From Utricularia gibba (Eukaryota; Plantae; Magnoliophyta): DNA of 64,000 nucleotides. This document shows, piece by piece, positions 1-11,668 of the stretch; the first letter of the stretch is position 1; every line of letters begins with the position of its first letter. The DNA is taken from contig NEEC01000009.1 in assembly GCA_002189035.1 (NCBI GenBank), positions 2,418,001 to 2,482,000 of the forward strand, written 5' to 3'. Made by a program: the position numbers and the translations under genes. The notes below the pieces were generated by a model. That model had not been told where the DNA came from, ran no database searches, and saw only the letters and a list, made by a program, of their open reading frames with translations.

Positions 1-130
1 GTACTGCCGCTCTCTCCTCGAATCTCCCACGCCGACGCACCAGTCTCTGACCCGGCGGCTGATTTTTCTCCGCCGCACGTCTCGGATTTCGACTGCCGTT
101 GGGCTGGATCTGGTGACGCGCTCTGAGGCG

Positions 131-2960
131 ATGTCGTCGGGGAGGTACATGGCGTACTCGCCGTCTCCCTCCGCACCTCAGTCTCCGCATATCGGCTACG
201 CGGGATTCCACGGTTCCTTTGATCGTGTCGATCTTGAGAAGTAAGTCGCTGTGCTTCCTATTGTTTTCGTAGCGATGACAGGGAGTTCATGGCCTGTTGC
301 GGAGTGATTCGGGTGTTGTGTTACCGATCAATCGGCGCTTTTGCTTTCCTCCTGTACTGTTTGTCATTCTTCTCCCTTTTTGAGACTGTGCGTTTCAGTG
401 TGTATCAGAAAACGAAAAGTTTACTAAATAATGGTTTAGAATGCGGAGGAGTCGGTCGTGTATATAGTATGTGTTGCTTCTCCGCCGCTGCACATGTATA
501 TTTCTCGTGTTTGTGATCTCAAGCAGCTAGTAGACAGCTGCCTTTATATCGTACAGAAAATGAGTAAAGGGAGAAACTGTTTCTTTTCATGAAAAGAATA
601 AAGCTGCCATCTTTGATTATTTTCTGAGAGCTTCTAAACCAGCGCATTACAGAATTTCAAATCTACGCTTAATTCTCCCCATAATTCTGGATCTGTTATG
701 ACCTTGCTATTAATGCTTCTGCTCATAATTTTCAGGTATTTGGTGGAGTTGCTAGATGAATGTAAAAAGCTCAATCCCTTTATGCCTGTGCTTCCAAATT
801 GCTATCAGTTGCTGAATAAAGGTGAGCTTTTCTTGTTTTATGCGCAATTCTTAAAGATTCGGCTCCCCTATTGTGATTCAGTGTTCATTTTTCCTTATTC
901 CATCATTTATTTCTGCATTCGGTCCCTGGTAATGTGAATCCGCTGATGAATACTTAAAACAGGGTTATGTAGTCTCTAGAATTATGTCGAAATGTTATTG
1001 TTGTCGTCATCGGTAGAGGTTTCATCATTGCCCGTTAACCTGGTAGCGGTGCACTGTTGTCCCATCAAGCAAAATGTTAATCTGATTTACACGAGATTGT
1101 GCTGATTTATGTCTCTTTCTGACCTGGCTTTTATTTTTGCTCTGCATGTGCCTCAGATATAGGCAGAAAAATCTGCCATTTGTAGTCAATTTCTATTCTG
1201 GGATTAGCACTGGCTCATTTCAACTTCAATGGGGAAAGCTTGAAAACTATTTCCCTTGTGTTGTTGAGCAACATGTGCAGTGACTAACCACTACAGAACC
1301 AGTAGTGTACACATTACGATCTTAACTATCTTTTTGGTGTGCATCTGTAATTTTAGCGCGCATGTTTTTCTAGGGATTTGGACTAACCAATTCACTATTG
1401 GCTAATGTTAAGCAGCCTAACTGGTGTATCTTATTTCAAAATTGACCTTTTTGAAGCAGAAATTTTGGATGTAACTACTCTGTTGAGGAATGCATCAGTT
1501 TTAGAACAAAGTGGGGCTGAACATGCAAGCCCCGTGGCTTCAGGAGGGATGTATTCAAATGCAGGAGCTAAAGTGAACGGATGGGCATCACCATTTCAAT
1601 CAGAAGTATGAATGCCAACCATTAACATAACCTTTATTTGATCTGATTATGCTATGTTTCACGCAATATAAATCCAAAATCTAATTCTAACTTTACTGTA
1701 CTGCATTCATTCTTTGACTCATTAGATTTGGGTTCTCGTAACAGGTCTGCGAAGCTAACAGATGACAAATGATATGCTATTTGCCCTTAGCCCACCTATT
1801 ATCCATCCTTCATTTGGCACAATATGTTCTTATTTGACATCTCTCTTCTGACCTCTGCTAACTGGCTTGTGCTTAAACTTAGATTAACATGTAGATTGCT
1901 TTTCTTTTTTAAATAGTTTCACAAGATCTGTATGATGAATGAATGAAGCATTTAGATAATGATATGCATGGCGTGTTTAGTTCAGTGTCAATACACTCTT
2001 CGAGTTTTAACGTACATTTTGATATATCTCGGTGCTAACCAAGCTTTCAGCCTTGCCTTTGTACATGGATAATTTGGAAATGATCAGTGTGAAAAATTTT
2101 CATATTTCTTGACACAATGCATGGATTTTTAAGGTGCAGATGCCCAGTCTTTTGGAACAGTCATTAGGACAGAATTGGCTAGGCTCTGAAAGCAGTTCTT
2201 CGGGTCTCATAGTCAAGAGAACACTCAGGGTTGACATTCCAGTTGACCAATACCCTACCGTATTCACTCTTTCTATATGCGCTTTTGCAGTGAACGTACT
2301 GGGTTGATTTGTAGTTCAGTTTTTGTTTCTTTTTTTTTTTTACTGCAGTACAATTTCGTTGGACGCCTACTTGGCCCTAGAGGAAATTCATTGAAAAGAG
2401 TTGAAGCAGCAACTGACTGTCGTGTCCTCATTAGAGGCCGTGGCAGTATCAAGGATCCTGCTAAGGTAATTTGAATGCAATATCTTCAGCTTGTGTATCC
2501 TTATTTTTCTACAAAAAAGTTCAATATTTTTATCCTCACCCCACTCACACTCTGACATTTGCTACTCGATTTTGCTATCTTCTTTGAAGGAAGAGATGAT
2601 GAGGGGCAAACCAGGATACGAGCACCTTAACGAACCCCTTCACATACTCGTCGAGGCAGAAATGCCTGTCGAAATAATCGATGAACGTTTGATGCAGGCT
2701 CGGGATATCCTTGAAGGCTTACTCAAGCCAATGGTATGCATACATACATAAGACACTCTCTTCCCTGAGCTGTGAATCCATTCCAAACATCTCCATCCTC
2801 TTTACTGCAGGACGAGTCTCAAGATTTTTACAAGAAGCAGCAGCTAAGGGAACTTGCACTGCTCAATGGCACCTTCCGAGAAGAGGGCTCCCAGATATCA
2901 GGATCAGTATCTCCATTCCACAACAGCCTTGGCATGAAAAGAGCAAAAACCACAGGCTAA
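131..2960 (+). CDS. KH-domain STAR/Quaking-like RNA-binding protein (7 exons, ~290 aa)
   Basis: Exons 131-240, 736-821, 1460-1605, 2140-2259, 2349-2465, 2590-2733 and 2811-2960 join in frame over GT-AG introns. Motifs: [63 protein letters not shown]. Confidence 0.95.
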
Positions 2961-3886
2961 TGCTCCCTCGCCGCATCGTTGTTGCTTACAACGAAAATCA
3001 GATACCCTTTTCATGGCAACTGCCATGATCATCAGGGCGAGGCACAGGTCCTACCCAATGCCTCTTCCTGTCTATCTATTTATAAATTTGCAAGGTGTGT
3101 GATTGCGCTTTTGGGGGGAAAATGTCGCTTCAGCAGAAAGACTGTGGGGCTGCACCGGTTGCCTATTTGTGAAACACACTTAGAACATTATTTGTAAAAT
3201 GTCTGTACCTAGTATCCAATAATGACAGGTGTGTAATAATTTTATAAGTATTAATTCTTTTAAGTGTTTTACTATTTTTAATTAATGAAACCCATAATTA
3301 GATGTTTTGGATATTACATTATTTAATACATGAGTTTAAGTAAAACGTAAATCTATATTTGATGTGATTTTTATTAATTTTATATTTGAAAATATTTTAT
3401 TCTAAAAACATTTTTTTGGATTTTTCAGTTTTTATTTATAAATATTATAATTAATAAGAGTATTTTAATATTTGTATATAAATTTATATGATAATTGAAC
3501 TTTTTCAAATAATAATTTATATTAAAAAAATCCAAAGTTTTACCAAATTTTTTGTTCATGAAAACTAGAGGAAGAAGAAAATGGTGTTCCATTGTTGAAA
3601 AATATTGGTCTGCGTCTCCTCCTCATCTTCATACCTTCTAAATACTTCATGACTAGCAGCAGGACACAGCCACAGGTTGTAGTTTTAACATTTCTCAAGT
3701 ATTTTTCATTCACAATTCTAATTTTCTAGAATTTGGATGCATTTCCATGCGTGATGGAATTGGAGAACCGGGGAAAGTTGAATCTTTTTTGGAATTCAAT
3801 GATATTTTTCTTAGAAATTCTTGTTTCAGGGGAAAAGAGTATGCAGGTATGTTTTGATCAATGACCAGGCCGTATAGACTTTGTCT

Positions 3887-6855
3887 ATGGCGAAGCCACG
3901 ATATTTGAGGGGTCACACAGAGGCTGCATCTTGCTGTGTCGCTTCTCGTGCACGGCCCGGCGTTGTAGCCACTGGTGCAGAGGTACCCTATTTGGAAAAC
4001 AACAAACGTCGTAGTTAAGGAAAATTTGATACTATCAACGTCTGGGGCTCGAATCGGGATGTTTCTATCGCTGGTTTGATGGGTTTGGGCGGAAAGATGT
4101 GATCTTGGCTTGCTTCTTGTATGCATTTCATATCCCGGAATGCTCTTTCTTGGTTGCTGACAGTGTTTTATTTTTGTGGAATAGGATGGGTGTGTACGCT
4201 TATATGATCTGCGATGCAAAGACATTTTGCTAACCATGAGCGTGGGCGACGGGAGTCCAGTTTCGTCCTTGTGTTACAAGCCAGGTTTGATTTGTATTCT
4301 AAAGAATTGGTGTGGAGGCTAAAAATTACGCCGTGGGTTACACCTTTTCAACTTTAGTAGTAAAAGGTATTAAGAAGAATTTGTCTTTGATGTGACTTGG
4401 ATTATGTAAGGTGGTTGTAAAATTCATCATTATGTAAGGTGACTTCATTCTGATTCATATCTCACGCCCTTCCCTGACTCAGAGAGTATTTTACAGGAAA
4501 TGAAGATTCTATGTACATTTCCGTGGGGAATGAAGTCAAATGTTTTCATATGCGTATGGTATGATTTGATTTCATAGACATTATTTCTTGTGATGCCCGA
4601 ATTCATGTGTCCATAATTCATTCAAGATCTCCACATGTTCAATGAATGTTTGGGGTGGTAATTTTTCTGGTCTTGTTGGAAATGGTTGCGAACTTGATCT
4701 CTTTATTTTTCATCATTTTTCTTCTTAAACTGAAATTCATCCCCGTAGATACTATTGCATATACTCTACCTCGATTTATTTTAAGTTGGTTATACCGCAG
4801 GTTCATCTGCTATTAGTTGTTTCAATGCAAGTAAAATTTTTTCTCATTGTTTGCTATTTTAGTTGTCATTTTTTAGTGAATGTTGATAGTATCTTTTGTC
4901 TGTACTCTTTTTCAGCCATCATCGTATGAGAAATTGGATGGTTTCAGTTATAACAAAGATGAAATAAATCAGGTATGCCACCGATATATGCTATTGAATT
5001 TTGTGGTTGCTTTCACTGGTAGCGACTTGTCACTCCCTTCGAATTTATCCTTTTTTTTTCACCTTTTGCGGCACCTGTTTGTGACACATAAAGTAAGTTT
5101 TACCATATCTTGCAGATTGTTCACCATCCAAAGTCATCTTTTCTCGCTGCTGCTGATGACACCGGAGATGTGAAGGTAATAACACTTCATTGAAAGATTT
5201 TTATCATTTAGAATGAATTATCTGGTAAATTGCACAAAGTTGTGAGGAAGAAAGCAAACAATTTGGAAGCCTATGGTGAATCTGAGTATATGTTTGGTTG
5301 CAAAGGGGAATATTGAGATCTCAATGTTTTGATCAATGATCAACATGAAATCTTCTTGACAGCAAACAGTTGAAAAGAGGCTCATTAAACTCAATCTAAA
5401 CTTTTGATCTTGCTGGATGCTCTGTACAGTAGGAAAATTTGGAAATGGTGGAAACTTGCTTGTATTATGCTGGCATACTCTGGGTTCTTTGTTTGTGATC
5501 ACAGTATGTCATTGTTGGCAGGCATTAGTTTTATGTCTCTTTGGCGCCTATTTATTCTTGCATGATTACATGATGTTTGCAAATGACAATACAAGTGATC
5601 ATAAAGCATATCCCCATTGCAGGTCATCGATGTTCAACAACGATGCCTATACAAAACGTTAAGAGGTGGCCACGAAAATGTACAATTTTTTACATCTTAT
5701 GTTTTCAGGGAATTATTCACTTTTTGTGGCCTTTTCTGTTCCTTCCAACTCGTTTTCTTGTTTGACTGCCGTAGGTTAGCCTTAGTGTCTGTTCATACTT
5801 TTATATTTTGTGGATTTGGAGTCCTTATTCCAGTTCTGAGCCTTTCATTCTCCCCAGATCTGCAGCAGCGTCCAGTTTCTTCCTTGGAGGTCTTGGAAGG
5901 TTCTGCTACAAACTTCCATTTTTGTGGTGGCCAACACATAATGTCAACGACCATTCAGGTTCTTTTGATGCTTTTCTTTTCTCATGCACAGGCATCACTG
6001 GAGGTTTCGATTCAAGGCTTGTAACGTGGGATTTCTCCACTGGTCACTCAAAGCTAATTATGGACTTTGGTATCCTTTTGCTGTTTTACTTGCAACCGCT
6101 GTTTCGAAACATCGATTTCATGGTAACTTGTGGAGCTCAGTCTAATCACTGCATTGCTTAGGAGCTGCAAGTGATGCTGGCCAGCTCTGTAACCCGCCTT
6201 TTGTCCATGCGTTGGCTGTTCCCGACCTTGACATGGCTGATGAAGTAGGCAAGGTATGTGCAGTGGCCAGGGGAGATGGAGTCATCAGTGTGATGGATAT
6301 CACATCCGAAAATGCCTCTGCCAAATCCAGGCATCCCTCAAAGCCAAAGAGATCTTCCAAATCAACATCAAATTGTAGTTCTCCGAGCGCTGATTCCCAG
6401 CCAGTGGTCCAAAATGTCAGAAATCTGCAGTTAGATTTCTCAATGGGGGGACACCTCTCTGCAGCCTCCTGTGTGTAAGAAATGAAGCTCTACTGCACTC
6501 ACAGTCCCCTCACTTCAGTTCAAGAACTTTTTAACCATCACCCTCCCCCACACAGGGCCTTTTCCCTGTTCGGAAGCAAAGGGAAGCTCATCATTTCCGG
6601 TGGTGATGACAGAACAATCAAGGTATGGGATTGGCGCAAAGCTTATGACTGTGGTGCAACTGATGCTTTGCGGTCCGAGATTCGCCTCCGGCGAAAGGTG
6701 AGTACCATGATCCTGATCTGGGTTTTCAGGTATGGAAGCTTGACCCTTTCCCGTGTTGTGAACAGGTGAACTCAATCTGCACAACTCCATTAGATGCTGA
6801 AAATCTGGTCGTCTGTGACACTTCCAAAGCAGTGAAGGTTTATACCGTCTGCTAA
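3887..6855 (+). CDS. WDR53: WD40-repeat protein, WDR53-like (11 exons; one apparent -1 frameshift at 5895-5896)
   Basis: Exons 3887-3982, 4185-4284, 4497-4558, 4916-4972, 5116-5175, 5623-5679, 5858-5899, 5992-6069, 6162-6474, 6556-6697, 6766-6855. Motifs: LRGH, YDLRCKD, AADDTGDVK, ICSSVQFLPWR, ITGGFDSRLVTWDF, IISGGDDRTIKVWDW. Exon 7 is 1 nt short of the phase exon 8 needs. Confidence 0.85.
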
Positions 6856-7284
6856 ACACTCTGTAAAAGGAGAAGAAACATAAATGATTCGCCCCACAAC
6901 GCAAGAAGTGAACCTCCACTGTCTTCAATGGCTGCGGTCCCAGTTCTGCCGAGGACATGATGATTAACTCGAATGTGGAGGGGGGCGTCACCGCATCAGC
7001 CAACAGGGAGACCAAGGCCCTGGTTATGCTGCCGGTTCGAACAGACCGGTGTAAACCGGTTTCCTAGCTACCTGTTCGAAACAGAAAGCATTTTTTGGTT
7101 AAAAAACTCCGGTCCACCGAGATCGTGATTTTGTCCGGCCCACTGAGTGAGGCCCACGGGCATGCCATCGCTTTTGTACCGTAGCGCCTTTAGCTGTAGC
7201 CTGTAGCTGAAGGCCGGTCAGCTTTCCTCCGTTGCTGCTCCGCTTTCCAGTCCCCCACGCTCCTCCTCCACCTTCCTCATTCCG

Positions 7285-8550
7285 ATGCCGTCAATGGGTT
7301 TTGCGGCCTTCCTCATTTTCGTGTTCTTTCTCAGCAAGGAACTCTCCGGCGCTGTCGCCGCCTCTGTCGTTGCGGTTTCCCCTGCTTCTTCTCCACGCGG
7401 TGCTCCCTCGGAGTCCCGGCCTGCACCATCCTTCCCTCTTGACCCCAAACAGCTCCTCGCACTTCATTCCCTCAACATTCCCACCTCCAAAAACCCTTGT
7501 ACTTCGCCGGCCACCGCGTGCGACTCCTCTGCACCCTACAGCCACCTTGTTTCGCTTTCCCTTGCAAACTGTTCCGATGATGTAGCTTTGTCTGTCACTG
7601 CCTTGAAATCCCTTTCCACTCTCAAATCCCTCGCCTTCATAAACTGCCCCATTTCCCCAATTCGATTCCCACCTGAACTTACCTCAAATCTCCATTCTTT
7701 CACTTGTATTAATAGCTTGACTAAGCTTACTGGTGTCTGGTTAAGCAGGTTGCAGAATGTGACTGACTTAACCGTCGCCGGAGTTAGCGTGAATGCCTCC
7801 GGTCCGTCGATTATTCTCTCCGGAATGAAGCTACTCCGCTCCGTTACTCTTTCCCGGTGCGACCTCGGTGGCACTGTTCCTAGACATTGGCATCCCAATC
7901 TTACTTTCATCGATCTGTCGGACAATCATCTGAGAGGGAAGATCCCTAGCTCTCTGACACGTTTAGAGAGCCTCGTTCACCTGAATCTCTCTGCTAATTT
8001 GCTCAATGAATCCATACCTAGCAACATCGGCGACTTGATTTCTCTGCAGAACCTCTCCCTGGCTTTGAATACGATATCTGGGCCGATCCCAGATTCCTTA
8101 GCCGCCCTGCCGGAGCTAACGCACCTCGATCTGCACTCCAACCAGCTCGATGGGACAATCCCAGATTTCCTCAAAGACATGAAGAAACTGAGATACCTGA
8201 ATCTCGAGAGGAACAACTTTCACGGGGTTTTGCCCTTCAACGCGACCTTCATAAGAAACATGGAGGTGTTCAAGGTGGGTGCAAACGCGAATCTCTGCTA
8301 CAACCGCTCGCTCCTGGGACCCAAAGTGAAGCTGGGAATCTACCCCTGCGACAAGCATGGGAAACCCATTTTGCCGCCGCCGTCCAAGGACTCATCGAGC
8401 GAGGACTCAGCAGACGACGATTATAGCAACTTGCAGCAGCCGAAGCACCATAGCGGACCCAGCAAAGTCGTCCTTGGAGTAGCGATTGGGCTCTCCTCCA
8501 TCGTGTTTCTGATTGTTTTCTTGGTCTGCTTATCCAAATGCTGTAGATGA
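7285..8550 (+). CDS. RLP51: LRR receptor-like protein, RLP51/SNC2 type (intronless, 421 aa)
   Basis: Signal peptide, [16 protein letters not shown]-cap, extracellular LRRs ([32 protein letters not shown]), [10 protein letters not shown], acidic juxtamembrane region and C-terminal TM ([20 protein letters not shown]). No kinase domain. Confidence 0.9.
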   Translation: MPSMGFAAFLIFVFFLSKELSGAVAASVVAVSPASSPRGAPSESRPAPSFPLDPKQLLALHSLNIPTSKNPCTSPATACDSSAPYSHLVSLSLANCSDDVALSVTALKSLSTLKSLAFINCPISPIRFPPELTSNLHSFTCINSLTKLTGVWLSRLQNVTDLTVAGVSVNASGPSIILSGMKLLRSVTLSRCDLGGTVPRHWHPNLTFIDLSDNHLRGKIPSSLTRLESLVHLNLSANLLNESIPSNIGDLISLQNLSLALNTISGPIPDSLAALPELTHLDLHSNQLDGTIPDFLKDMKKLRYLNLERNNFHGVLPFNATFIRNMEVFKVGANANLCYNRSLLGPKVKLGIYPCDKHGKPILPPPSKDSSSEDSADDDYSNLQQPKHHSGPSKVVLGVAIGLSSIVFLIVFLVCLSKCCR

Positions 8551-9834
8551 GAGACCTTGGACTGCGGGTCGGTGCCGGATTTTGCTGGGAGTGAGATTCC
8601 GCCATTAAAGATTGCTTCACACAACCCTTCTTCTCTCCTCAATTCCTCTCTGGTTCTGCTCGGCGGTTCTATTCGGAATCAACATTCTTCCCCATTTCCA
8701 TTAGGATCCTTTGTCACCCCCATTTTACGTTTCCTTTTGAAATACATGTTCAATTATATTGGATGAATTTAAATTATTTGAATATAAATTATTTAAATTT
8801 ATATGAATTAAAATAATTTTTTATTGGTAGAATAATTATTTATTATCAACTTTTTTGTTTAGATTGTATTATTTGGGTATTGGATATTTTATATTTAAAT
8901 TAATACAATGCCCTTATGAATTAATTTGATATTAATTAAAAGAAAAAATAAGCAAAATTGTCCAATTGACAATGTATATTTATAAATATAGATGTTTTTT
9001 TATTAATCTAATTATATTTAATGATTGTGCATTTCGACCCGTTGGGCCACTTCCTTGTGCTTGCTAGGAGAATGTAATGGGCTGGCCCATGATCACCTCT
9101 TGGGCGCGTCTTCGATTCAAACTTGGGTGAGTGACTCGGGAGCCCGTTCGCTCTTGGTTCTTGGATTCGATTTCTGGGGAAGATGCCTCCTGAAGTTCGA
9201 TCAATTGGAGGATCGTAGAATTTCGCGGAATTTCTGATGATCCAGGTATATTCTTTACTGTTTCTATTGTGCATGATATTAAGCTATAATTGTTGATTTT
9301 CCTGCGTGGTTCTGGTGGTTTGTGGTGTCTGTTAATGTGAATGATGAGATCAAGCATGCATATTAAAGGGGGTAAATTGAAGTCGGACAACTATTGGGGA
9401 GGAAACAAATGATGTTCGGATGAGGGACGGGGTTAGTATGGAGATGTTGATTAATTGTTGTTTCATACTGCTCCACTTCTAATAAGTTATTTCACTAACA
9501 AAAAAAAGTACTTTTGTGTTAGAAATAGATATCTGAAACGCTCCAAAATTTTGGAGCGCTTTAATGCACCCAGCATTTTGCTCTAAAAATTTTAGAACCA
9601 CCTCTAAAATTTATCAATCACTTTATTGGAGCTGGAACTGTCATCAAATTTTCAATAGCAGCGTTGTTATCATGTTGGTGGCATTGTCTCTGTAGTTAGT
9701 TTACCTAGCATGATTACTTTCTTCCCTTATGCTACGTGAGACACGCACTGGGATAATCTCTGATTCACCATTTCAGGTTCGAGGACACTGATCTCATTGT
9801 CGTAAGCTAGAAGTCCTAGTTAGGATCAAAAATT

Positions 9835-10471
9835 ATGTTGCCGTTTCCATTGCGATGGGCGTATGATGGCTGGAATGAAATTCTGAAGATCCAGAAGTTC
9901 CGGAGGGTTGTGTCTTATACAGGGTTCTACTGCTTCACGGTTCTCGTTACCTATGCCTACACCAACATCACGTAAGTTACATGCTTGTCATAGATTGTTT
10001 GCTCATCTCGTGATCCAGCTAGATGTACAACACAGAACTAGAGCTGGCCACTCGAGAGCTGATCAATTCTACGCATCTTATCCTGCTGGAACTGCACTTT
10101 TGTCGGACGCTACCAAGGTAATTGGTGTTGAATATCTAGCTTATCGTATCACTGGCAGGATTTTCCTCCATTAACTCGGATTGGGAGAATTGACAAGTCT
10201 GTATTCTTCCAAAGCTGTATAAAGCTGCACTTGGCAATTGCTATGAAATTGAGGAATGGGGACCTGTTGAATGGAGCATTATCGCCAAGCATTTTGAGCG
10301 TCAAGGCAAATCCCCATATGCATACCATGCTGTAAGTTACTGTTTAAACCCATCCTGCACTGTGTGCCATAGGTTGCATAGTATCTTGCTTTCAGATGCT
10401 CTTTTTCATCATGCTTACAGCTATACATGGCTCACCTTGCTTCCATGGGACAACTAGATGCATCTGATTAG
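9835..10471 (+). CDS. Conserved plant protein of unknown function (4 exons, ~128 aa, one N-terminal hydrophobic segment)
   Basis: Missed by the ORF track. Exons 9835-9971, 10036-10117, 10215-10331 and 10421-10471 splice in frame: MLPFPLRWAYDGWNEILKIQKFRRVVSYTGFYCFTVLVTYAYTNITTRAGHSRADQFYASYPAGTALLSDATKLYKAALGNCYEIEEWGPVEWSIIAKHFERQGKSPYAYHALYMAHLASMGQLDASD. A 5'UTR intron is likely at 9246-9776. Confidence 0.85.
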
Positions 10472-11089
10472 CTAATCCATGAAATACCGGTATGATCAAA
10501 ATGGGGGGAGGCATCTCTGAAGCTTTTCATGCCTTCTAGCCTGTATGGAGAGTCAGATGCGAAGATTTTGCTGCCTATGCGTAAAAGTGTTTTTCATTAA
10601 TTCTCATTCTATGTTGAACAATTCATTCCAGAATTTAAGTTCCTATGCACCAATTGGGGTGCGATGCGACTTTACATTCACAATTACATTCACAATATCA
10701 TTCATTCGTAATGAATATAAGTTAGCAAGATGTTGGATACATTTAACACTTTAGAACACGATGATATAACCAGTAAGAAATAATGTGCTCAATAATATGA
10801 CTTCTGTACGTACAAATGTGACAGATTTATTGAACCTTTACAGTCAAAATGAACTGGAGGCTCCAGATTTTGTAACAAAACAGATGGCCCAAATCCTGAC
10901 TCATTCCTTCAAATTTTATTTACTTTGTTGTGCATTTATGCAGTAATTTGGAAGACTTCAACATCTTAAGTGAGAAAAAGCAGGAGGTGAAGAGGGGCAG
11001 CCATAGAAATAAGAGGTGGCCCATGTCTAAAAGGGTGTCATGTAACGAATTCACAGACACTTTAGAGAAAAACTCACTCACATTTCACA

Positions 11090-11314
11090 ATGGCTGCTAT
11101 GAGATTCAGATTCATGATCCCGGTGTTGATGATGCTACTTCTAGTGGTGATAAGGAATGAAGGAGTTGAGGGTGCAGAATGCAGCAAGGGCCATACAGTA
11201 GATGAGAGATGCATTGATGCTGAGATGGTTGATAGTGATGATGTCCATGGAATTCGACATCTCCTGATCGATGAAGACGATGATGACACATGGAAGGACA
11301 ACATTCGGTTGTGA
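11090..11314 (+). CDS. Putative small secreted peptide precursor (74 aa), RALF-like pro-region
   Basis: ATG start, basic-then-hydrophobic signal peptide (MRFRFMIPVLMMLLLVVIRNEGVEG/A), two Cys, acidic pro-region, IRHLL and an acidic tail. Lies in an otherwise gene-free gap. Confidence 0.55.
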   Translation: MAAMRFRFMIPVLMMLLLVVIRNEGVEGAECSKGHTVDERCIDAEMVDSDDVHGIRHLLIDEDDDDTWKDNIRL

Positions 11315-11668
11315 ATACCACCTAAAGGGTGTTGGTAGTTTTCTGAGGTTTGGTTGCTGCCATGATTTGCCCTTCTCAATAAGGTGTTGTTCTTTTCTTG
11401 TCTACTGATCATTTTCCTGTCTCCAGGGTGTTGCAACCCTTTTGCATGTTCACAAGGCTATGTCTTCACTTTCATTACACGTACCACCACCACTAAATCA
11501 AAAGATAAATAAGGTTTAATTTCTGGAACTGAAATTAAATCAGATCGGAAGTGATGTTTGGAGTATAATATAGTTCTATTAGAAATAGAATCTCAGGAAC
11601 TGAAAATAAATGATTCGACACTATGAGAAGGTGATAGGAGAGCAGCCAATACCTCTGCAAGTGCTCTT

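Noticed and set aside
2495-2503. GTATCCTT (U12-like) motif in KH gene intron 5
   Set aside because: It lies 29 nt inside the intron, and the in-frame donor is the canonical AAG|GTAATT at 2466.
3710-4237. 175-aa minus-strand ORF
   Set aside because: It is the antisense shadow of WDR53 exons 1-2, starts at a non-ATG codon and has no recognisable motif.
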